IMG/VR virus record: IMGVR_UViG_3300024308_000016
Location: 1 to 64,000 of that record
Direction: 5' to 3' (one strand)
DNA length: 64,000 nucleotides
The notes beneath the pieces were generated by a model, which did no database searches, was not told the DNA's origin, and saw only the letters and a program-made list of their open reading frames with translations. Each line of letters begins with the position of its first letter. The stretch's first letter is position 1. The translations under genes and the position numbers were made by a program. Below, one piece after another: positions 1-9,609 of the stretch.

Positions 1-210
1 TGGTCGGCGGGGGGGGGGGGGGGGGGGGGGGGGGGGTGTGCTGGCCTATCGAGAAGTTAGGTCGCTGCGCTCCGAGGGATGGAATCCATCTCTACGTTCG
101 GCCATTCCTTCACACTGACACCGCTGTACCGTCCAGCCTCACTACGAGATGGATAGACAACAATTAGATACTCCACTTTATACCCGAGAGCTCTAAAAGT
201 TTCACAGGGG

Positions 211-248
211 TTTGTAAACAGTTTCAATCACGTATACTTTACTTGAGG
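211..248 (+). promoter_or_regulatory. Phage bipartite promoter motif, copy 1 (TTTGTA-N12-CACNTANACYYTACNTGAGG)
   Basis: tttgta at 211 and cacgtatactttacttgagg at 229; same motif and 18-nt offset at nine intergenic sites upstream of plus-strand cassettes. Confidence 0.8.
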
Positions 249-293
249 AGCATCCCGCTTTCTCAAAGATTTCCACTCAACTGAAAGACTCTA

Positions 294-710
294 ATGAAGC
301 ATCTCAACGACGCCTCCCAGCATTTCATCAACCATCTGGCTCTGGCCGGCCAAGCTATCCATGGCCTGAGGAAGGCTTACGAGGACTTCATGTACCTGCA
401 GCCCAATGGCTGGGAGTTGGTGAACCAGCGCGCGGTATCGTTTACCATCGAGACCACGTACAAGCCCCTGCAGGTAATGCCGCACTTGCACCATGTGGCT
501 ACAGACAAGGACTTCATCGGCAAAGCCAAGCCGTCCCTGCTGGTCTTTCACAGCGATGGCGTGATGGCGGTGGTCATCGCTGAGCCCAAGCCCCGAGATG
601 TGGTCGAATGCATCAGTGATTGCCCGATGCTCTACACTGTCTACTGCCACGACCGTAAGGACAACTCCAGAGTGTGCAACTTCATCAAGCGCATGGCTGC
701 CAACTCCTGA
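294..710 (+). CDS. Hypothetical protein (138 aa)
   Basis: ORF directly downstream of promoter motif; GAAAG-type RBS. Confidence 0.75.
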   Translation: MKHLNDASQHFINHLALAGQAIHGLRKAYEDFMYLQPNGWELVNQRAVSFTIETTYKPLQVMPHLHHVATDKDFIGKAKPSLLVFHSDGVMAVVIAEPKPRDVVECISDCPMLYTVYCHDRKDNSRVCNFIKRMAANS

Positions 711-724
711 AAGACTCTACTCCC

Positions 725-1393
725 ATGACCAAGATCGAACACCTGCGCTCCAAGTACAGCCATTTGCTGCACACCCGCGTCAAGCGAGTGCCTGTGAAGC
801 AGTACATCATCGTCGATGAAGCCCGCAAGCTCTACCATGTGGCGTACAGCGGTTTCACAGGCCGCCTGCGCCGCTCCATGGGCACGTCTGCTCTTCCCAT
901 CTCTGTGCGCGAGTACCTCATCAGCATCCACAGCACGCCTGGAGATCGAACCATCGCTGTGCTGCTGGTCGAGCCTATCGATCAAGAGGAGATCCGCCAG
1001 ATCTTCGAGGGCTACCGCACCTTCCGAGAAGCCATCCAGCCCCTGAACACCGGCTTGCGGGAGAGAAAGAGCACCATCTCCAAAGTGTGGCTAGCCACTC
1101 ACAAGCCCACAGGTGTCAAGCTGTATGTCTCAGCTGTGGAGAACTCCCGCAACTGGATGAGTGCTGACCGTATGCTGGACGCAGCCAGGTTCACCTTGCA
1201 GCACAGAGCTGACCGCATGAGCCTGGAAGACTGCAAACGTTTCTACGCGATCTTGAAGCCCTTCAAGCGCGAAGACTGGACCATCGAGACCGATGTGACT
1301 GTTCCCTCGTATGACGCCAAGCGCTATACACAGAACTTGAACATGGACCTGATGCCCCAGAACCTGGAAACCCTCCGTACTCTGTACCCTTAA
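725..1393 (+). CDS. Hypothetical protein, possible degenerate GIY-YIG-like domains; paralog of 1413-2102
   Basis: Start MTKIEHLR after gaaag RBS; YIIVDEARKLYHVAYSG and VWLATHKPTGVKLYVS segments. Confidence 0.6.
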   Translation: MTKIEHLRSKYSHLLHTRVKRVPVKQYIIVDEARKLYHVAYSGFTGRLRRSMGTSALPISVREYLISIHSTPGDRTIAVLLVEPIDQEEIRQIFEGYRTFREAIQPLNTGLRERKSTISKVWLATHKPTGVKLYVSAVENSRNWMSADRMLDAARFTLQHRADRMSLEDCKRFYAILKPFKREDWTIETDVTVPSYDAKRYTQNLNMDLMPQNLETLRTLYP

Positions 1394-1412
1394 ATAGAAA
1401 GCTTTCCCTGAT

Positions 1413-2102
1413 ATGACGAAGATCGAAGAGCTGCGTGCTCACTTTGAAGGTAATGTGATCGAACGCGGCAATAAGCTGGTCGGTAAGTGCTGGATCCTCC
1501 TGGATGAAGAAAACCGCATGTTCTACACCGGCAAGAGCGGCTTCAACAAGCAGCGCCGTTCCCTGTCATGGAACAACCTGCCCTCGGCAGTGACGGGCTA
1601 TCTGAACCGATGCGGCAAGTCCATCGTCGACAAGTCGCACTGCTTAATCTTGTCGGTGGAGGTATCTAGTGATCAGGTCGGTTCATTGCTGCCGGAATTC
1701 CAGCCTTTCAAGGAAGCTCGTCCTGTCAGGCGCGCTGGCTTTCGGGAATCGCAGGAAATGACAAGTTTCGTGTATTCGATCACGCACCCGGAAACAGGTC
1801 TGCAGATGTTCGCGTCTTTACTGACGACTGATCAAACTACCCAGCTCTACGGAGCTTCGCGCTCTACCGTGCTGGCGATGCAAATCTTGAAGAAACGCAT
1901 CAGTCATCTGTCACCAAACGAGCAAGAACTATTCAGGGCCGTCCCACTGTCCGGATCTATCAAGATCTGGGACTCCGAAGTCATCCGAGAAGTGGACGCT
2001 ACCGATAGCCGCGCATTGATCAAGCTTCTCAATGACTCTGCCATGACCAACAACATCCGTATCCTGAGGGAGATGCAAGCTAACCAGTCCACTACCCAGT
2101 AA
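1413..2102 (+). CDS. Hypothetical protein, paralog of 725-1393
   Basis: Start MTKIEELR; WILLDEENRMFYTGKSG and VYSITHPETGLQMFAS align with the upstream gene. Confidence 0.6.
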   Translation: MTKIEELRAHFEGNVIERGNKLVGKCWILLDEENRMFYTGKSGFNKQRRSLSWNNLPSAVTGYLNRCGKSIVDKSHCLILSVEVSSDQVGSLLPEFQPFKEARPVRRAGFRESQEMTSFVYSITHPETGLQMFASLLTTDQTTQLYGASRSTVLAMQILKKRISHLSPNEQELFRAVPLSGSIKIWDSEVIREVDATDSRALIKLLNDSAMTNNIRILREMQANQSTTQ

Positions 2103-2256
2103 CCTCACAACCCCCACTCCCATCAACCGCGTAACCTATTGGAGAATTGCGCACCAAAGCCTACACTCGACACCTAGGCCCATCGATCATTTCATGCTTT
2201 CCGTAATTCCGTGCCTAGGGCCAGTCAGTGTCAGGAAACGAAGGATCCCTTCTATC

Positions 2257-2817
2257 ATGACTTCCGCAGACCCTAAAGCTACTGGTATCGCTTACACCAT
2301 CGCTGGCGTGATCTTCGCCATCACGCTATGGATGCTGACGATGCCTGTGGCTCGCGCTCAGAGCTTGCAGGACCACATCGACGCCAACTGCCGCGTCAAC
2401 TGTGTGGCTGCCGACAAACTCGTAGATGTCGCAGCTCGCGCCGCCAAGCGCTTTGGCTTCGACTACAAGGCTCTCCTTGCCATCGTCCACGTAGAGTCCA
2501 AGTACAACACCCGTGCCAAGAACGGCTCCAGTGTTGGCCTGACTCAGGCACTATTGGTCTACCATAGACCGAAGTTCCTGGGCAAAGACTACTTTGCCGT
2601 GGAAGACAACATGTTCGTAGGCGCCGAAGTATTCGGTGCATGCTTTGCAAAACACAAAGGGAATTACCCGACCTCATTTTCCTGCTACAACGGCTATGGC
2701 AAAGGAGATAGCCGTTACCGAGACAAAGTGCTCAAGGCACTACGTGAAATCAGAGGACTGAAGTTGCCCACTCCGTCCCTGGATCCGCTCGGAGACTTCA
2801 TCGCTAGAGTGATCTAG
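2257..2817 (+). CDS. Lytic transglycosylase (SLT domain) with N-terminal membrane anchor or signal
   Basis: AIVHVESKYN (catalytic ES), GLTQ, and YNG motifs; hydrophobic N-terminus. Confidence 0.85.
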   Translation: MTSADPKATGIAYTIAGVIFAITLWMLTMPVARAQSLQDHIDANCRVNCVAADKLVDVAARAAKRFGFDYKALLAIVHVESKYNTRAKNGSSVGLTQALLVYHRPKFLGKDYFAVEDNMFVGAEVFGACFAKHKGNYPTSFSCYNGYGKGDSRYRDKVLKALREIRGLKLPTPSLDPLGDFIARVI

Positions 2818-2904
2818 CCAAAAAGAAAGCGTACCTCACCCCCACTCCAGCCGCGGTGGCCGGAGTGGGGAGATATGACGCATTTAAAGAGAAAGACTTC
2901 AATC

Positions 2905-3306
2905 ATGAAACTGACAAACGAGTTCGTAATAAGCACCCAGTTCTCGATGGGTCGCCGCACGTTCGCCTCCGCTCATCCGGAGCCTACCACGGATGACCGT
3001 GCTCGGCTGCTGGGCTACAAGGACGCGGCTGACCAGGCCAAAAAGATCGAACTCCTGAGGGCGGAGATCCGTCTGGACAACTACCAGGCTATGGTGCAAA
3101 TGGAAAACCATCTGCGCATCATACGTCTGGACCGCTGGAGTGACGAGGCATACGAGCACGTCAAGCAGCTGTACGACCGCGCTACACGGGAGATGAAGGA
3201 AGAACCCCATGTCGCCTTCTGGGGTCACTACCGTACCATCCGTGCCGTCCAAAAGGCCATCAACCGCCACGATCACACCATCGCTGACTTCAACACCCTT
3301 CACTGA
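2905..3306 (+). CDS. Hypothetical protein
   Basis: ORF with gaaag RBS after a hairpin. Confidence 0.65.
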   Translation: MKLTNEFVISTQFSMGRRTFASAHPEPTTDDRARLLGYKDAADQAKKIELLRAEIRLDNYQAMVQMENHLRIIRLDRWSDEAYEHVKQLYDRATREMKEEPHVAFWGHYRTIRAVQKAINRHDHTIADFNTLH

Positions 3307-3315
3307 AAGACTGTC

Positions 3316-4161
3316 ATGAACTTCATCTCTCGCTACCTCAGCTCCCTGAACACCCTGCGCAAAGAGCGCAAAGCCGCAGCTTTCAAGGCTGCCTTGGTTG
3401 ATGAGCTCGAACAGACCATCGACTCCATCTCCCCCGCTGCCATGAACATGCTGCAGCGATCGTACTACGTGCAGTGCGTTGAGGTGATCCAGGCGCGTGA
3501 CTTGGTCTCCGAGGTCCGGCGCTTCCTGGAAGACGGCTGGCCCAACATCGACTACACGGTCAGCGAGATCATCAAGCACCGCACTGACCTGACCGATCTG
3601 ATCGAGATGGCCTTTGCCGCCGAGAACTTCGCCCTGGTCAACCATATCCCCACCTTGCGCGCTGATGTGCTGGAGATGCTCAAGTACGCCAAGGAGCACA
3701 ACCTGTTTGCGTTTCAGCATTTCCAGTTGGTGCCCGCAGACTGGACAGGACTGGAGCAAGACTTCCCGGGCTACCGCAGCATCGAAGACATACAGCAGCG
3801 CGGCGGCACAGCCTGTATGGCCGGTCTGCTGAACCTGTGGCCTGCGTTTGACCATCTACCCATGATGCGTCCAGACGTGATGCCTACGCTCATGCACGAC
3901 AGTGTGGTCTTGAACGCCCAGGCATCGGTGGCTGCGATCCTCGGTGTGCCGTACTGGTTCGCCGGCGCTCTGTCCATGAGCTTCCAGGTTCCGGGAGATC
4001 TGGAAGATCGCCACGTCCTGTACAACAAGGCGTTCGAGGACATCACCGTGGACGACGTGATCGCTGTGATCGAAAAGCTCATTGACGGCATGAGCCCCGA
4101 AGACTTGATGGTCGAAGCCATCACCACACGCTCTATGCAAGCCGGTATCCATAGCGGTTGA
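3316..4161 (+). CDS. Hypothetical protein, paralog family A
   Basis: GGTACMAGLLNLWPAF ... LYNKAFEDITVDDVIAVI shared with genes at 6585, 8306 and 44792. Confidence 0.75.
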   Translation: MNFISRYLSSLNTLRKERKAAAFKAALVDELEQTIDSISPAAMNMLQRSYYVQCVEVIQARDLVSEVRRFLEDGWPNIDYTVSEIIKHRTDLTDLIEMAFAAENFALVNHIPTLRADVLEMLKYAKEHNLFAFQHFQLVPADWTGLEQDFPGYRSIEDIQQRGGTACMAGLLNLWPAFDHLPMMRPDVMPTLMHDSVVLNAQASVAAILGVPYWFAGALSMSFQVPGDLEDRHVLYNKAFEDITVDDVIAVIEKLIDGMSPEDLMVEAITTRSMQAGIHSG

Positions 4162-4174
4162 TCAGACTGCTCCA

Positions 4175-4217
4175 AGCCCTCGGCAGCCTTCGGGCTGTCA
4201 GGGTCTTTATTTTTTGC
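4175..4217 (+). terminator. Intrinsic terminator
   Basis: ggcagcc-ttcg-ggctgtc hairpin followed by T tract. Confidence 0.75.
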
Positions 4218-4256
4218 CCCAGTATGGGGATTAACTGGCACTTATAGGAGGAACTC

Positions 4257-4769
4257 ATGGCCACTTTATCCGCTATCATCGCAATGACTCGTGACTGCAT
4301 CATCGGTGTGGAAGGCAAGCTACCCTGGCCGCATCTCAAATGCGACATGGAGCACTTCAAGAAGACCACCATGAACGGTGTGGTGATCATGGGTCGCAAG
4401 ACCTGGGAGTCGCTGCCTGAGACCAGCCGACCGCTGAAGGATCGTGTCAACATCGTCATGTCCACGGATCCGGACTACGAAGCTCCTGGCGCCATCGTGA
4501 TGGCTACTCGCACCCAGGTCATGGACTACGTCAAGCGCTCAGCCCTGAAGTGCTGGGTGATCGGGGGCTACGAGATCTACGAGCTCTTTGCCAAGGAGTA
4601 CCAAGAAGTCCACATCACCCGCGTGGGCATGGTCGCCAAGCGCGGCACCTGCGCACCGCTGGTGCTCAGGGGTGTCAACTGGGTATCCAGCTCTGCGGCC
4701 AACCAGCACTTCTACGAGCAGGGCATGAACATCATGATCCAGCAGTACGTGCGCTCAGGCCAGGAATAA
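4257..4769 (+). CDS. folA: Dihydrofolate reductase
   Basis: IIGVEGKLPW, DMEHFKKTT, VIMGRKTWESLP, RPLKDRVNIV, WVIGG, ITRV motifs. Confidence 0.97.
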   Translation: MATLSAIIAMTRDCIIGVEGKLPWPHLKCDMEHFKKTTMNGVVIMGRKTWESLPETSRPLKDRVNIVMSTDPDYEAPGAIVMATRTQVMDYVKRSALKCWVIGGYEIYELFAKEYQEVHITRVGMVAKRGTCAPLVLRGVNWVSSSAANQHFYEQGMNIMIQQYVRSGQE

Positions 4770-4778
4770 CCCGGCCCC

Positions 4779-4816
4779 TTTGTGGAAAATTTCAGTCACA
4801 TATACTCTACCTGAGG
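4779..4816 (+). promoter_or_regulatory. Phage bipartite promoter motif, copy 2
   Basis: tttgtg at 4779, cacatatactctacctgagg at 4797. Confidence 0.8.
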
Positions 4817-4825
4817 ACAACAATA

Positions 4826-5401
4826 ATGTTTTCCTTAATCTCAAAAAGAAAGGTATTGTGTATGATGAATCTGAACTCCCAAAACTTCAATTACAAAGGC
4901 GTATTGGTGGAAGTGATCCAACCGATAGCCAAGCACACCATCCCCACGGTGTACAACCTTGTTTTGCGAGGCGGCGGCGCCGTCTCTGCTAAGCTGCAGT
5001 CCGAGATCACGGGAGACCGCACTGGACTGAAGTATCTGGACATCCAGATCGCCATCCTCCAAGAGCTCGTCGACACCCTGACCCAAGATGAACTCGTCGC
5101 GATCTTGGAGCACGAGATGGCCCACATCCTCAACGGAGACTTGGACCTGTCAGTCGACCAAGGCAAGAGCAGGATGATCCACCGGCTGGGCTACGAGCTC
5201 GCTGCTGACCAAGGCGCCGTGAAAGCTGTGGGTGCAGCGATCACCCTGGCGGCCCAAAAGAAGGCTGAGCGCTTCACGATGTCCAAGCTCCTGAAGACGA
5301 ACAACGACAAGCTGCTGAACTTCTTCACCTGGGCTTTCCGTACCCGGATTGCCCGCAAGCGTTTCAAAGCACTGGCTGATCAAGCCAAAGCCGCCCAGTA
5401 A
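4826..5401 (+). CDS. Zn metallopeptidase (M48/HtpX-like); start may be 4862
   Basis: ELVAILEHEMAH (HExxH) plus downstream ELAAD motif. Confidence 0.75.
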   Translation: MFSLISKRKVLCMMNLNSQNFNYKGVLVEVIQPIAKHTIPTVYNLVLRGGGAVSAKLQSEITGDRTGLKYLDIQIAILQELVDTLTQDELVAILEHEMAHILNGDLDLSVDQGKSRMIHRLGYELAADQGAVKAVGAAITLAAQKKAERFTMSKLLKTNNDKLLNFFTWAFRTRIARKRFKALADQAKAAQ

Positions 5402-5428
5402 TCCAACCCCTCAAATAGAAAGCTCACA

Positions 5429-5779
5429 ATGAACAAGTCCACCGTCACCCTGGTCTCCGATACCGTCCTGGCTACCAAGGAAGTCTTTGACAAGCTCAAA
5501 GAGATGTTGCCCAAGGACAAGTACCCGATCAACCGCTTGGCTGAAGCCTGCCGCATCATGGAGGACTTCGAGAACAAGCTGACGCCAGAAACCCGTGAAG
5601 GCGGGGTGACGGCCAAATACCGGGTCAGTACGCTGAATCGGGAGTTTGCCCTCCTGGGCAAACTCTTCCACGTCACGTATTCCTCGATCGACGACGGACA
5701 GAAGATCCAGGCCGTCATCACAATCAACCACTCGGCCTGCGAAGAACTGGCAGCGGTCATCAACACGCTGACTTGCTAA
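5429..5779 (+). CDS. Hypothetical protein
   Basis: ORF preceded by aaatagaaag. Confidence 0.7.
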   Translation: MNKSTVTLVSDTVLATKEVFDKLKEMLPKDKYPINRLAEACRIMEDFENKLTPETREGGVTAKYRVSTLNREFALLGKLFHVTYSSIDDGQKIQAVITINHSACEELAAVINTLTC

Positions 5780-5801
5780 TACCCCAAATAGAAAGCTTAA
5801 T

Positions 5802-5933
5802 ATGAACATCATCGCCCTGCTCGCATCCACTGACGCTTCCCCCATCCAGATCGGTGGCCTGGTCTTCGCCTTCGCCGCTTGCGCAGCTACCAAGCTGTAC
5901 ATCAAGCACCTGAAGAAGAAGCTGGATGCCTGA
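5802..5933 (+). CDS. Small membrane peptide (43 aa)
   Basis: MNIIALLASTDASPIQIGGLVFAFAACAATKLYIKHLKKKLDA after aaatagaaag; not in ORF track. Confidence 0.6.
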   Translation: MNIIALLASTDASPIQIGGLVFAFAACAATKLYIKHLKKKLDA

Positions 5934-6012
5934 TCTTCCCAGTTTCCCGGTTATAATCAATCCCGAGCCTGAATGATCGGGCTCATCAACCTCTCAAATA
6001 GAAAGCACTATC

Positions 6013-6504
6013 ATGGAACTCATCATCACTTCCAAGGAATTCACCGCCTCCCTGAACATGATCGCAGCAATCGCTCGCGTCATGCCCGAGGGAGTGGACC
6101 GCCGCACGTTTCTGGACGCACATGCCAACATCGGGCAAGTGCTGCGGGAATTCAACGACATCCCCTACGAAGCGCTGATCGTTAACCAGGATCTGATCAG
6201 CAGCTACGTCAACCGTCTGAATGACTACAGCGGTGAAGGTGGCCCCGTTGTGTCGTTCCAATTCATGCCCTCGGCATGCCGCACCCAGATCGAAGGCTCC
6301 TTTGCCATCGACTCGGACGTCATGGTTGAGGTGACGGAGGCCATCACCGAAGAGATCGATGGCCTGGCGGGAGCCTGCATCGCGCTGTACGGCATGGTGC
6401 GCATGTTCACCTCCAGCTTCAAGCGCCTGGGCAAGAAGGTCGAAGCTATCGTGCAAAACCACGTCCAGCTGTCGCGTGAAAGCGACGATCAGCGTCTGAT
6501 GTAA
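6013..6504 (+). CDS. Hypothetical protein
   Basis: ORF preceded by aaatagaaag, followed by terminator. Confidence 0.7.
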   Translation: MELIITSKEFTASLNMIAAIARVMPEGVDRRTFLDAHANIGQVLREFNDIPYEALIVNQDLISSYVNRLNDYSGEGGPVVSFQFMPSACRTQIEGSFAIDSDVMVEVTEAITEEIDGLAGACIALYGMVRMFTSSFKRLGKKVEAIVQNHVQLSRESDDQRLM

Positions 6505-6520
6505 GTCAGCGTCCTACAGT

Positions 6521-6565
6521 GAGCCCGGATCTTCGGATCCTGGGCTCGTCCTTTTCTTTTTTGTC
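6521..6565 (+). terminator. Intrinsic terminator
   Basis: gagcccggatc-ttcg-gatcctgggctc hairpin plus T tract ending ttttttgtc. Confidence 0.75.
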
Positions 6566-6584
6566 CAATAGAAAGTCCCTGATC

Positions 6585-7421
6585 ATGAACATCCTGCAAC
6601 GCTTTCGCGCCAACCTGTACCGCGCAGTGAACTCCCTGCGCACCACCAGCCAAGACAGCGCCAAGATGGCCAAGGACCGGCTGCTGGATGCACGCAACCA
6701 GCCCGCTGCCCCGACGGTGATCTTCGAGGATGTCGATACCCTGACTCCGGAGATGGCGCAAAAGCTGTGTGCTACGTCCGAAGCCATGAAGGACATCCCC
6801 AATGTCGAGGCTGTGTATGCGTCCTCCCCGCCAGCTGTTACAGATGACGTCCCCTCCATTTTGGTGCGACCATCCGAGCGCCTTGATACGCTGGCTTCCT
6901 TCCTGCAAGAAAACAAGGAGGGCATCGAGCAGGTGATCGAGCTGCTGAAGCTCGCTCACGAAAACAACCTGTACCATGCGCGCTGGTATGTTTGTCATGC
7001 CGAGGATGCCAACTGGGATCTGAACATGAATGCCCGCAATCCCGGTCGTATGCCCGACACCATCGAGGAGATGATGGAACGCAAGATGTGTGGGGATCTG
7101 GGCTTTTTGATGAGCGTGTGGCCCTACTTCCGTCAGCGGGGCTTTCAGCACACCATCATCGGCATGGCTGTCTACTACGACAAAGTGGCCGATGCGCTGT
7201 ACAACACGCCAGCTACGGCCATTGCCAAGATCCTGAACCTGGATGTGAAGCTGGTAGAGTTGATCATCAACGGCTCACCAGTGCTGCACAAAACGCCGCA
7301 CCAGCTGTACCTCAAGACCTGGCGCGAGGTCACGGTTCTGGATCTGATCCAGGTCTTTGAAAACATCCTGGAGCAGGGTCAATACTCTGTTCTCATCGGC
7401 GCTCACGTCTCCTTCAAGTAA
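6585..7421 (+). CDS. Hypothetical protein, paralog family A
   Basis: CGDLGFLMSVWPYF ... LYLKTWREVTVLDLIQVF. Confidence 0.7.
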   Translation: MNILQRFRANLYRAVNSLRTTSQDSAKMAKDRLLDARNQPAAPTVIFEDVDTLTPEMAQKLCATSEAMKDIPNVEAVYASSPPAVTDDVPSILVRPSERLDTLASFLQENKEGIEQVIELLKLAHENNLYHARWYVCHAEDANWDLNMNARNPGRMPDTIEEMMERKMCGDLGFLMSVWPYFRQRGFQHTIIGMAVYYDKVADALYNTPATAIAKILNLDVKLVELIINGSPVLHKTPHQLYLKTWREVTVLDLIQVFENILEQGQYSVLIGAHVSFK

Positions 7422-7438
7422 AGAAAGGTATCTCAGTC

Positions 7439-8257
7439 ATGTCTATCCAAATCGCTCCTTCCGAATTCACTCGCGACTACCGCCAGACGCAAGAAGACAT
7501 CAAAGCCAACGGTCTGAAGGTCATGCCGCTGCGCGTGTACCTGGACCGCTACCGCAAACTGCCGGAGATGCGCAGTGACTTTCCGGAGTACTACTTCAAG
7601 TTCTTCGATATGTCGGACTACCTGCGCGAATCCACTGCCAAACACTACGGCCCGCTGCCCAAGCGCAAGATGGAGCGCCACCTGGCCTACATGCCTCAAT
7701 GGGGCAACGAGATGCACCGCATCTTGACCGAAGACATCACCCAGGTCAAGTTGCAGGTGGTGTACACAGGGCCTCTATCGGCTGAGCACCTGAAGGTGAT
7801 GCGCGAAACGTTCTTGAGCTTCATGCTCGGGGACATTGTGCTGAGTGCGGGTGAGGATACCGAGTACACGGCACACGTCACGGATATGGGTAACACGGGC
7901 GCCTTCACGGCGTTCGAGTTGCACTTCCAAACGCCCTGGAGCCAACGCAACTCCAAGCAGCGCGATGAGCTGCTGCGTCTGATCGCGGCCATCACACGTG
8001 GCTGCCGCTCATCTTCGGCTGAGTGGCTTGCCCGTATCGACGACCCGATCAACAACCGGGCGTATCCGCGTCGCCAGTTTGCCAGCTACCTGATCGTGGG
8101 GCGTGACGACTACTACACGGACGAGCCGCGCATCTTGGGCGGCTACGAGAACCTGGATGCCGCCATCGATGCATCCAAGCTGCTGGGAACGAGCCGCCGC
8201 TGGCACTCGCTGTTCCTGATCGAGACCGATCCCACTCTGGCTGTTGAAGCCTACTGA
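7439..8257 (+). CDS. Hypothetical protein
   Basis: 272-aa ORF with gaaagg RBS. Confidence 0.7.
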   Translation: MSIQIAPSEFTRDYRQTQEDIKANGLKVMPLRVYLDRYRKLPEMRSDFPEYYFKFFDMSDYLRESTAKHYGPLPKRKMERHLAYMPQWGNEMHRILTEDITQVKLQVVYTGPLSAEHLKVMRETFLSFMLGDIVLSAGEDTEYTAHVTDMGNTGAFTAFELHFQTPWSQRNSKQRDELLRLIAAITRGCRSSSAEWLARIDDPINNRAYPRRQFASYLIVGRDDYYTDEPRILGGYENLDAAIDASKLLGTSRRWHSLFLIETDPTLAVEAY

Positions 8258-8305
8258 TCCACTCCAAGGGGCCAAGTGCCCCTGCTGTTAAATAGAAAGA
8301 TCCCA

Positions 8306-8914
8306 ATGAACCTCGAACGCATCGCTATCGTGCGCCAAGCCATGGTTGAAGCTAAGGAACGCCAGACTCTGAGTATGGTGATGTTTCAGACGCATCCGCT
8401 CGACGATGACTCCCGCAGCTATCCCCTGGCGAGCACCATGGAAGACTTTCACGCCTGCGGCAACACCGCATGCTTGGCTGGTCACATTGCGCTGCTGCCG
8501 GAGTTCCTCAATGCCGAGGATCCGGAAGGCTCCTACAGGGTGAGCGCAGCCGGCTCCCCGACGTTCCACTACCACCGCGCGCGGGTCTCGACGAATCCCG
8601 GCACCGCCATCGGTCGCTGGCTCGATGTCCCCGCCCGACTCATCGATCTGCTGATTTACGATTACACGCTCGCGCCTAAGAGCATGGCAGCCAGCGGCAA
8701 GACCGTGCACGGCATCTACGGCAAGCCGTTTAGCACCGTGACGCCGGACGATGTGATCGCGGTCCTGGACGAGCTCGTGCGCACGACTGAGACCCAGTTC
8801 GTGTGCAGGCACATCGACAAGTGGCGCGCATCCGAAGGAGAAGCCTTCAAGCGCTCCATCTTCTACACGGAAGCATCTGACGCACTTGACGATCTCGAAA
8901 ACCTCTACCAGTAA
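8306..8914 (+). CDS. Hypothetical protein, paralog family A
   Basis: CGNTACLAGHIALLPEF ... IYGKPFSTVTPDDVIAVL. Confidence 0.75.
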   Translation: MNLERIAIVRQAMVEAKERQTLSMVMFQTHPLDDDSRSYPLASTMEDFHACGNTACLAGHIALLPEFLNAEDPEGSYRVSAAGSPTFHYHRARVSTNPGTAIGRWLDVPARLIDLLIYDYTLAPKSMAASGKTVHGIYGKPFSTVTPDDVIAVLDELVRTTETQFVCRHIDKWRASEGEAFKRSIFYTEASDALDDLENLYQ

Positions 8915-8945
8915 TCCCAACTATTAAATAGAAAGACCAATCATC

Positions 8946-9590
8946 ATGCCTGCAATCCAAGACTTTCAACTGAATGTTACCTGTGACTTCGGTAACAACT
9001 TCCGCCGTGTCAACAACTACCCGGTCTTTCGCCGGGGCACCGAGCTGTCGGCGGTGTGCGCGCAGCTCGCTGAACTCATCAAGGCTTCGGGACTTGGCCC
9101 TCAGGAGTTGACCTCGGTGGATATCGCCCGTACCTGGGACGCCCGGGATCGCTGCTACTCGTTTGGCATAGATATGCGCGACGATACCTCCAAGCTCGAG
9201 GCTATGGTGGCGACCAACAGCCTCTTTACCCGCTCTATGGCGGTGCTGTGCCATGACATCTTCCCCGACATCGTCAAGATCGAGGTCGACCCAGCGCTCA
9301 TAGCGGCATACCTCTCGATGTTCAAGGTGTACAAAGACGAGCAGGGCAATACCTGCGTGGTCAACGGCTTGGCGGATGTCCATCCGCGGTTGGTCAATGA
9401 ACAAGACAGCGTCACGGTCGATTCGATCATCAGCGAGTCGACTGGGCGATTTCGCCGTATGCACTCGTCGCGAGCAGTGCGCCATCTCCTGAGACTGGTG
9501 GCGACCCATCGCACCGCGGGTCTCAAGGAACTCATCGGCAGCGGCTTCACGCATAACCAACTCGTGCGTGTGGAATACATCGGCTCCTAA
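8946..9590 (+). CDS. Hypothetical protein, tandem family B
   Basis: VDPALIAAYLSMFKV ... THNQLVRV. Confidence 0.7.
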   Translation: MPAIQDFQLNVTCDFGNNFRRVNNYPVFRRGTELSAVCAQLAELIKASGLGPQELTSVDIARTWDARDRCYSFGIDMRDDTSKLEAMVATNSLFTRSMAVLCHDIFPDIVKIEVDPALIAAYLSMFKVYKDEQGNTCVVNGLADVHPRLVNEQDSVTVDSIISESTGRFRRMHSSRAVRHLLRLVATHRTAGLKELIGSGFTHNQLVRVEYIGS

Positions 9591-9609
9591 ATAGAAAGGT
9601 CAACTTCTC

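Noticed and set aside
9-36. Poly-G run at the window start
   Set aside because: Long G homopolymers near contig ends are a common sequencing or assembly artefact; no support for a G-quadruplex or terminal-repeat role
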